A stretch of DNA of 64,000 bases from Tubiluchus corallicola (Eukaryota > Animalia > Priapulida), in assembly GCA_030141605.1 (NCBI GenBank), contig JAQGDQ010000343.1:62001-126000 (forward strand), read 5' to 3'. This document shows positions 46,355 through 64,000 of this stretch, piece after piece; the first letter of the stretch is position 1; each line of letters starts with the position of its first letter. Made by a program: the position numbers and the translations under genes. Below the pieces are notes generated by a model. It saw only the letters and a program-made list of their open reading frames with translations, had not been told where the DNA came from and ran no database searches.

Positions 46355-46820
46355 CTAAGCTAAACTAAACTAAACTAAACTAAACTAAACTAAACTAAAC
46401 TAAACTAAACTAAACTAAACTAAACTAAACTAAACTAAACTAAACTAAACTAAACTAAACTAAACTAAACTAAACTAAACTAAACTAAACTAAACTAAAC
46501 TAAACTAAACTAAGCTAAGCTAAGCTAAGCTAAGCTAAGCTAAGCTAAGCTAAGCTAAGCTAAGCTAAACTAAACTAAGCTAAGCTAAGCAAAGCTAAGC
46601 TAAGCTAAGCTAAACTAAACTAAGCTAACCTAAACTAAGCTAAACTAAGCCAAACTAAACTAAACTAAACTAAACTAAACTAAGCCAAACTAAACTAAAC
46701 TAAACTAAACTAAACTAAACTAAGCTAAGCTAAGCTAAGCTAAGCTATGCTAAGCTAAGCTAAGCTAAGCTAAACTAAACTAAACTGAACTGAACTGAAC
46801 TGAACTGAACTGAACTAAAC
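46355..46820. repeat. (CTAAA/CTAAG/CTGAA)n pentamer array
   Basis: Seen directly. Confidence 0.95.
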
Positions 46821-47640
46821 AACATGACAGTCACAACTAATGTCTAATCAGCAGATAAACTGATTGCTCTTTTTCATAAACACAAATGTACAGAGCAGCA
46901 GCTATTTTTACACGAAATTAACACTTTAAGTAGCCAAAAAAATGACTTTTCAGTAAACAAAATGTAGAGACGAAGTTTCAAAGTACTACACAATACAGAG
47001 ACATAAGTCTATCTATTTAGTAAATTTATGCAAAATTGTTAGTTGTCTATACAAATCTATGGACGATCCACTTGTGTAGAATGCTTAGAAAATAAGAAAA
47101 GTTGAAATTATTATGAAACTTACATTTATACTTTTAACAACCACACAAAACAACTTTTTATATAAATTTGAAAACTACAAAAAGCTGGAAAAACTTTTCG
47201 ATATGTTCAAAACCAAAATAGCTTTCAGAAACTACAATGTGCAAATATGATATGAACTTGAACGTTCTTTCATGTACGCTTTGTTCCAAAAAGCAAGCAC
47301 GAGTTAAGAAATCAAATATTTACACTTAGAAAACCAAGGTATAATATTATATTGATGAAAGCAAAAAAGCAAATTGACTGGAATTTACTCAAAAATACTA
47401 CAAACGCAAACTCTGAACTACTTTCGACCACGTCACGACGCGAACCAAGGTCGTCCATTGACTGCACTTTCATTCATTACTTTCAGATCGCTAAAAAGCG
47501 ATGCAAACGCGCATTCGCAAGACCGAATCACTCAACGCAAGTTTCAAGGACCTTGACCAAATGCCAAAAGGCTAATTAATAACAGGCCCGGAGTCGAAGG
47601 TTAGGGCTAAGTTACCTTTAATAACCCCCTCGGACAGAGA

Positions 47641-47647
47641 TATAAAA
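47641..47647 (+). promoter_or_regulatory. Candidate TATA box of the MMP gene
   Basis: TATAAAA 186 bp upstream of the ATG. Confidence 0.45.
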
Positions 47648-47826
47648 TGTCCTCAAGTCAGTTACCACTCAAACACTTTCACTCCTAAGGTTAAAGAAAG
47701 ACAGCTGTAGCTGATCATTACTAGAATAATCTGCACCATATACGTATTTGCTGTGATAATTAGTGGAATATCTGCTAAATTGTTTATTTATTTTTTGCTA
47801 TTTATTGCCGATATATTTATTTAACA

Positions 47827-55932
<8,106 letters not shown>

Positions 55933-56264
55933 GATTCTAAATTAATTAGTTAATTATTTATTTAATGGTCTATTTTTGTTATTGCTGTGGTGATTATGTT
56001 GTAGGGTAATCATTGCTTGTTGCGATTTTAAAGTCTAAAATGATATTTTTAGTTCCATGTTTTTACTAATAATCCATGATTATCATTTAATGCTAAACAT
56101 GTTCGAATTTCGCTTCATTTCTTTGGCAAACATCTTTTGCACCTGCAGAAATGCCAACTGAGTTCTATTCACTGTTGCAGAAACACGTGTACACAAAATT
56201 ATGTTCAGGTTTTTGTTTACATTTTGTCATCATTATTACTTTTCTGTTTTTTCAACTTTGTTGT

Positions 56265-57112
56265 CTTAGCCTTCACATAACCATTGTTTCAAATCTACAT
56301 TGTTTTGATCTAAATTATCAACTGTTTTCCTTAGCCTTCACATAACCATTGTTTCAAATCTACATTGTTTTTATCTAAATTACCAACTGTTTTCCTTAGC
56401 CTTCACATAACCATTGTTTCAAAACTACATTGTTTTTATTTAAATTATCAACTGTTTTCCTTTGCCTTCACATAACCATTGTTTCAAATCTACATTGTTT
56501 TTATCTAAATTATCAACTGTTTTCCTTAGCCTTCACATAACCATTGTTTCAAAACTACATTGTTTTTATCTAAATTATCAACTGTTTTCCTTAGCCTTCA
56601 CATAACCATTGTTTCAAATCTACATTGTTTTTATCTAAATTATCAACTGTTTTCCTTAGCCTTCACATAACCATTGTTTCAAATCTACATTGTTTTTATC
56701 TAAATTATCAACTGTTTTCCTTAGCCTTCACATAACCATTGTTTCAAAACTACATTGTTTTTATCTAAATTATCAACTGTTTTCCTTAGCCTTCACATAA
56801 CCGTTGTTTCAAATCTACATTGTTTTTGTCTAAATTATCAACTGCTTTCCTTATCCTTCACATAACCATTGTTTCAAATCTACATTGTTTTTATCTAAAT
56901 TATCAACTGCTTTCCTTAGCCTTCACATAACCATTGTTTCAAATCTACATTGTTTTTATCTAAATTATCAACTGTTTTCCTTAGCCTTCACATAACCATT
57001 GTTTCAAATCTACATTGTTTTTATCTAAATTATCAACTGCTTTCCTTAGCCTTCGCATAACCATCGTTTCAAATCTACATTGTTTTTATCTAATTTATCA
57101 ACTGTTTTCCTT
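56265..57112. repeat. 65-bp minisatellite, about 13 copies, between the MMP and API5 3' ends
   Basis: Unit cttagccttcacataaccattgtttcaaatctacattgtttttatctaaattatcaactgttttc. Confidence 0.95.
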
Positions 57113-58074
57113 TGTTCCACTTACATCATATAACCTGAAGCTAATCTTAATTTTTTCATTTATTTATTCGACGTGATTTAAAACTAAAAACTAGTTGTAA
57201 TTTTGATATGAATGTTTTTGTTTATCTTTAAGCTCAGTGCTATAGCTTCTCCTGAATTTTGATTGCGTGTATTTTGTCTACTACATTAAAAACATACAAA
57301 AGTTGGCTTCTTTTTGGCAACTGCACGTCATTGTTACTTTTTCACGTACAATCGTATGATACAGAGTTTATTTATTTATTTAATGCCAAATAAAGACACT
57401 ACAATTATATTCGTTGAGAATTTTTCCACCTGAATAAATTTATTTGTTTGTTGAAGTATTTGTATTTGTCAGCGACTAATGGTATTAAGTACCTGCTGTA
57501 TCTCAAATTATTGTTGAGTTACCATAGATAAGAAAAGGGAACATGTGAACAAGGCATGCACTCATTACACCGTTCTTTTATTTTGCATAAGCGTATTGGC
57601 TTTTACAACTGATATTACACTAAAGAAACTAACAGTATCTACAAGCAAACTTCTAAAACTGAATTTATTTTTTACAATGCCACTAATAAGAATTACAGTT
57701 AACAGAGCAGCAGCTTATAAAAGGATAAAAAGGCGAATAAAATACAATTACCTGATGTGCGTAACTTTATACAAATAATTTACAAAAAAATGAAACTCAG
57801 GATGTCAACTATAAACTGTCTTTAGCCGATGTAGAAGTACAGAAGGTTATTATCCTCAAGTTCCGAGATAAATGTTTCTCGGAAATAAAATCACCACAAA
57901 GTGCTGCGAAGCACAAGTAACCTTCATACAAGAAAATTCAAAGAACACGCTGCAAACACCATTTTCCACAAACTCCGCGATCTCGACTCAGGAAAAGTCA
58001 AAGCAAAACTGTCACTTGTAAAAGGCGCACAACGCTATGTACAAGATTCGGTAATCTACAGCGGACAGTAATCG

Positions 58075-61000
58075 TTACCATCGCCGTGTCCACTGACCAC
58101 CGCCGCGAGTGCCCCTTCGTCTGCCCCCTCGGTAACTACCGCGTCCTGAAAATAGAAAGTTTCGGTGTGAATTTTAGGACATTTGTGTGTAATTACAGCT
58201 GTGACTACGATTACAGTCCCATGTCTGATTCACAATTAATTAGCATTATAATGACGTTTACTGATATCTTCCACTTCTGCAAGCCGACATCCTGTTAATA
58301 GAAAAGCAAGGAACAGTTGTTAGTATTTTGAGTTTTTCAGCTTAATCCTTTAACAATATCTGCTGAGATTTATAAGAAAAATCATTAGAACTCGGCAAAA
58401 AAAGTTATACAATTACACACAATGTAGAAAAATCAACTACAGTGAACATCGGATATCAGGGACACCTCCGGACAGGAAAAATCGTCCCTTGTATCCGATG
58501 TCCCTTAAAGCCGCAGTAGAGTCACACCGAGGGTGTATCTGAACCTGTACTTTTCTGTACTTTTACCCATATTTTTATGGATTATTGCTACATTCAGTGC
58601 AGTAGGAAGCTCCTTCAGTGATGCGAGATGCATGTGACCATGGAAACCGAGCTGTTCGAAGGCCGAGTTTGCGAAAAATTGAGGTTAAACATCGATTAAT
58701 TTCGGTTTGATCATAAGGTCCCTTACATGCGAGGTAATTTACCTGGGTTTCTATTATGCGGGACCTGAAGATATCGTCCCTTATAACCGAAAGTCTCTTA
58801 TATCCAAGTAGCTTATCTACGAAGATTTTTACATAGGAAAAACGTTACGAAAAATCGAGACTGGTGTTGGTGGTCTCTCTTATAAGCGAGTACCTTATAC
58901 TCGAGGTTGACTGTAAACAGGCAAAGCAATAAGCGACAGATAAACAATAGCTGACTTACCAGAATTATAAAAACCTGCTTTGTCGCTATATTTCCCACTA
59001 GGTGGCTCATACATCTTACGCTCAGTTTTAGGTCCCGATGAAGGTTTCTTTGTTTTAACATTGTCACTGCTCTCGAATGTGATTGGTTTTCTCTTGGACC
59101 TACGGAAAGACAAGATCGATACGTTTAAAAAAGAGCGTCGTTGAAACCGGAAAATCTTGCCCGGCTGAAAGCCCAAGTTAAAACAAGGTTCGTAACAGAA
59201 AAGTTTGTGCAGCTATGAATACTATCAAGATTGCTCGAAAATTTCATGATTTTCGAAAATTCAAGGTCAAGAAAAGAGGTACCCAAAGTAGGTTTCAGAA
59301 AAATCAGCATAAAATATTATATTATTTTTCGTTCTCGCGTTGAAAGGATTTTTGGTTTGTTTTAATTTCAAATCTCCCGCAATACTGTTCCGAACTCGCC
59401 ATTACATGACGTCTCTACTCCACGTAAATCAAGGGAAGAAAGGGCAATCTTAAATTATGTCCCAAAAAACTTCCCATGCTAATCTATATTACTTAGCATT
59501 TCACTTAATTGCTGGTAAGACTTATGTAACTAGAAATAATAATTTAAAATGTTCGTGCCAATTGGTAAAATGTCACTGACTCACCCTCCAGGGTGCACCA
59601 CTCACTAACCAAAAACATATTTTTAATCTTACTGACAAGATACAATAATTTTAAATTTTACTTAGTGGTGTGTAAGCTACGAATGCTAGGATTATTTTTC
59701 AAACTTTACTTGGTGTTATCTAAAATTGTTTCAAATGACCTACCATTAAAATGGCTGCGCCTAACAGTCATCGCGGGAGTTTAAATTTAGAAGTTTTATA
59801 CAGCGTTACGACCGATGCAAGCCATGCATACGAAAATGCAGTATGTAAATGGGATAAAATTTCAAGACGAATTTCTTAAGCTTTATGTAAGTGGAGGCTT
59901 TCCTTGTGCTTTAATCGCAAAACAAATCAGCATAGAGAAAAGATACGGAAGACGTGTTTACATCTAATATATTATATTACTCTTATTTATTAATTATTAC
60001 CATATATTACTATATTAATATCTATTATTATTATAGCAGAGGTAAGAAAATGAGATTTCTTTTCTTGGAGTTTCACAGAGGCTAACCATCACTTTCAGCC
60101 AAATGTTTTCACAGAAGAACAAGAATTTGTTAGAAATTATCTCAAATTATCCTTTTGTCTCTATCAATTACCCATATTGCAGTGATGAAGAATGACGAAT
60201 TGCAAAAAACTCTGAAACTCTGAAAAACGCCGCGTCCCCATGGGGGTTTAAAAGGGCTTCGCCCCCTTGGAGCCAGCAACAAATTGCAATTTTGTGACCA
60301 TAGAGAGCCTCTAAGTGGACTTTAGACATCAATTACCTTGTTCATGCATAATTTAAAATACCCAACTATCAAGGATACATGATACCTAATTGTCTCAAAA
60401 ACGCCTAAGTACTGGCTGCTCCTATGCAAAAGTTTATAAAAACTGTCTGCAATTGACTCAAATAACTCCGCACAATTGATTCTTATTTTTATACATAGAG
60501 ATATACACGTGGGGTTACACTGATGTACGAGATGTAAACAAAGTGACGGCCTGCCAACTAGCGGTCAGTTTGTGAAATAATGTACTGGGGCCGTAAAAAT
60601 TTTCTCAACGAATTTATGCGATTTACAAAAATGGCACTACTGGTCTTCCAAAAACTCGGAATTCCGCATGTGTCCGCAGAAAATTCTCATCCCTGATATT
60701 GTTTAATCTATTTTAGCAAAAACTGTTCTGAACATGTGCAGTTTTGATGGATCGTAGTACTGAATTGATGCTTGTCTGGAATAAGTCAGCTGAATTAATA
60801 AAATACACATCTGTTAAGCTTGCCATTTACCCGACATGGTTCCAATAGCTTAAAATCACGAGGAGTTAAATTATGGAATTCACTGCCAAAAGATACTTTT
60901 GAAGGTAGCTTACTTTCTGCCTCCAAAAAATACACAAAAATCTTACTAAATGGATATACCTGTAGTACATAACTTGTATGACTAATAAGCAAGCTAGCAA

Positions 61001-63965
61001 GCTCTTTTTTTTCTCCTCATCTCCTAAGTAATTGTTGCTCTTTCTCATACTTTTTCTCATGAATTTTTCTATATTTCACTTTTTTGATGCTTATTTTTTT
61101 CTTTCTCCATACTTTCAGTTTTTAACTTTACTCACTAACCTTGGTCAAATTCCCAGGTTAATAAGGCCCCATTTGAAGCTACTACATATAATAATCCTAA
61201 TTACTGAATAATTGTATTATTTTGTTTAGATTTAGGTATCTAACTTTATTATTTTTTGTTTTCAGTTCTTTTTGGCTAATTTGTATCATTTATACTGCTT
61301 TTATTATTATTTTTTCTTATTTGTTTTTGTTTTTGTTATCTGCAGCATCACCGTTAATTTTTAATATACTAATCTATTTATAAGACAGGGCAGGAGACTA
61401 GATGACCCTATGGTCCTTCCCTGCCCTGCTCCATGATTATAATTACTTAATATTTAAAAAAAACTTTTGATGTTAAACTAATTGGAGAAAATAAATGTTC
61501 TATGTCTATGTCTATTGATAACAAACCAACTAATAGCACCATTAATAAACATAAAAATCTTTCAAACCTACAAAATATTAATATGATTATGTAACAGGCA
61601 ATAGTGAAAAACGTTAAAAACAGCAAAAGCCATCTACACACTCACCCAACTGGGGGCTCGCTGGCTGCGGTTTTCTGAACCGGTTTCCACGACAACAAGA
61701 TGCTGTTCTTATAAGACGGCGGATTGTGAAAGAGATCTCGGATTAAGGTGTTGATGTTCGTTGTAGTCTTCAATGCCAAGACTTTGATTTTGTTCTGAAA
61801 TGAGTAAGCGACACTCACAGAATTGAAAAATATTTAAACAAGCTTTCAAAAAGTGAGAGGTTAAATTTTAAAGACAGGATGGTTTTTCATAACTACCCCA
61901 TTTTTAAGTCAGATAAAATGTATACATTTTAACACAATTGATACTGCAAAAGCGCTTCTGATAATTAAATAATAAAGATGGTGGGTGAGCTCAACTAATG
62001 ATGACATCACAAACTAACGTGATTTTAAACAGCAAAAATATTCCATGAGCATGTTGCGGGTGTTTGCAAAAGCGAAAATTGAAATACAGTGTTACTGTAA
62101 GATACTCAATGTATGAAAAATAGGCAAGGTTTTAAGATAAAAATTCAAATTTGAAATTTACCGCTGTGTTCACACATGAGCTGTTGAACGTGTGCAGTTT
62201 ATCACAAATTAACACATATGAAGCGAGAGGTACAGCACCAGTTTTTTGCGCAATTCGTTTCCGAAATGCAGGCGCTACCACCCGTCTAATTACAGAAAGG
62301 CGAAATGCATGTAACAGCTAAAAACCAGTGGCGCGAAATTGTGTTTGTGTGGTAATAATTCTTTCATGTAAGTCAATTTTGAAAAAAATAGTATATTTCC
62401 TTTCAATATTTTAAAGAGTATTTTGTTTTGACCTGCAGTTTAAGATTTAGTCGGTTTTGCTTTAAGTACTAAATCCTCCTGATATTTTTCGTGAACACTG
62501 ACTTCCCAGAAGGCTTGGCGCTTTCTCCTTTAAACTGTGACATTGCAAGTTGTACACGTAAAAACGCAATTTCATGTTCGCGTGGCTACATTAAAATTCA
62601 ATTATTTTTCTCCAGGTTAGTAGGTGACATAGGCCCAACAAAGTCGACAGATAATAATGCCCATAAAAGGATAAGTTTACCTCTTCAGTTTTCAAAGCAT
62701 CTCCTGTTTTCCCTTGCAAAGCTTCTCGCAGCTTCTTGATGTAACCTTGCACTCCTTGAGCAAAGTACTGCAACCTGTAAACATGACATTCGCTCATTTA
62801 TGATGCTAATCTCGACATATTTAATAACGACAGAAATTTCCAATTTGTGCAAAGTTTAATCATTTAGGGTTCATTTCTGGTGTTTTTCTGAACCCATAAA
62901 AGCCAACAAGACAAAAGTATTTTATAAAAGTACATTATAAAAGACGCGCAACATCACGTACACGATTAGGTACAGCGAAATCCCGTCAAAATGCCCCCAT
63001 TGTAATGTTAACCTTGCTTAACCTTTTCACTACGGAAGGCTGCACATTGCCACCTATGTTTTTCATGCAAAGAACGGAAGCCAATAGACTGCCGCCCTAG
63101 CTCAGCACTAAGCACAGTCATCCAGGTCTGTTTATTTCACTGCTACGGCCATGCAAAACATTGTAGAAAAGTTTAACACCCATCGGATTGGGGTTGCTTT
63201 GCAACAAGTAACGCTAACCAGCCAACCAGTGTCTGAAGCCAAGTGCATTCCATATACTATACTGCATAGTGCGTTCTCATGCAAAATTGCTTGTTGATAG
63301 TTGGTGAAACGTGTTTAGTCACTTGTTCTGCATTCTTATAAATCATAGATTAGTAATATGACTTTTGAGTAAATTGGCTTCTAAATATAAGTATGTGGTT
63401 ATTTCGGTGGGTGTGCGCGTGTGTGCATGCATGAGTGCATATATGTGTGCGCGGACATGCGTGCATGTGTATAAATAAGACTAATATTCAATATTAGTGT
63501 TTAATAACAAATGGCTATTTGTTTATTTACAAGATTCTGTTTTAGTAACACACCACAAGAAGTTATTGTCAAATGTGCAAAAGCCAATGTGGCCCTGTTA
63601 AAAGGAACTACGTAGCGAAAGGGTTAAGGCCTCAACTTTTGGCAAAACAAAATGCCTACATTTACATAGACATGTATGTATTAATGCCAAACTCGTTAAA
63701 CTCCTACTTTTTTGCAGTACAATATAGAGGTTTGACTGTATTTGCAGGTAGAAACATCGGCATAAACTTACCTGATTCGGAAATTATTCAACCTCTCCTC
63801 GTCGGCCGTAAGAAACTCGGCGTGTTTTCTTCCCAACTCGTGGAATGTGTGCATGAGGCACTCGACGTACGAAAAATTCAGCTTTGGTTCGTCGACCGTC
63901 GTCTTTTCTTTCTCACCATTTTCCTGTGCGTTTTCACTATCCGATGGCGGCATGGGTAAATAATC
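58075..63965 (-). CDS. API5: Apoptosis inhibitor 5, last five coding exons (5' part outside window)
   Basis: Exons 63965-63772, 62774-62681, 61794-61646, 59099-58960, 58145-58075 (TAA). EPKLNFSYVECL, RLQYFAQG...ALQGKTGDALKTEENKIKVLALK, DLFHNPPSYK...LSWKPVQK, YEPPSGKYS and an RG-rich tail, all like metazoan API5. Confidence 0.93.
58440..58810. mobile_element. Tc1/mariner-pogo-like MITE remnant in an API5 intron
   Basis: TA|CAGTGAACATCGGATATCAGGGACAC with repeated gtccctt motifs; a similar end occurs at ~32599. Confidence 0.5.
62010..62560 (-). mobile_element. Inverted copy of the TTAA-flanked family in an API5 intron
   Basis: Reverse complement of about 49005-49580. Confidence 0.7.
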
Positions 63966-64000
63966 CTGCAAAAAAAACCATCAGCATTTATTTCACTGCT

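Noticed and set aside
46355-46820. Interstitial telomeric repeat
   Set aside because: Units read TTTAG/CTTAG on the reverse strand, not TTAGG or TTAGGG.

Overview
AT-rich, intron- and repeat-rich animal (probably invertebrate) genomic DNA; I cannot name the species from the sequence. Four protein-coding genes could be assembled by hand with splice phases that match. (1) A minus-strand gene (22337 to below 1178, probably continuing past the left edge) encodes a signal peptide, a PAN/apple-like domain, a tandem array of 13 phase-1/phase-1 calcium-binding EGF exons and two pentraxin/LamG domains (the second incomplete). The array shows recent block duplication, mosaic units, one dead acceptor, a probable GC donor, a 5-Cys copy and a 14th copy truncated by a microsatellite. 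(2) LMBRD1 (32917-34653) has an intron-less CDS with a poly-Thr insertion. (3) A six-exon matrix metalloproteinase (47827-55932) lacks hemopexin and ends in a basic tail. (4) The last five exons of API5 lie on the minus strand (63965-58075). The rest is a dense set of non-autonomous transposons (hAT elements with 8-bp TSDs, a nested pogo deletion derivative, Tc1-like MITEs, a mini-Helitron, TTAA-flanked elements, an RTE-derived element, solo-LTR-like repeats), minisatellites and microsatellites. All coordinates and translations were derived by eye, with no database searches.
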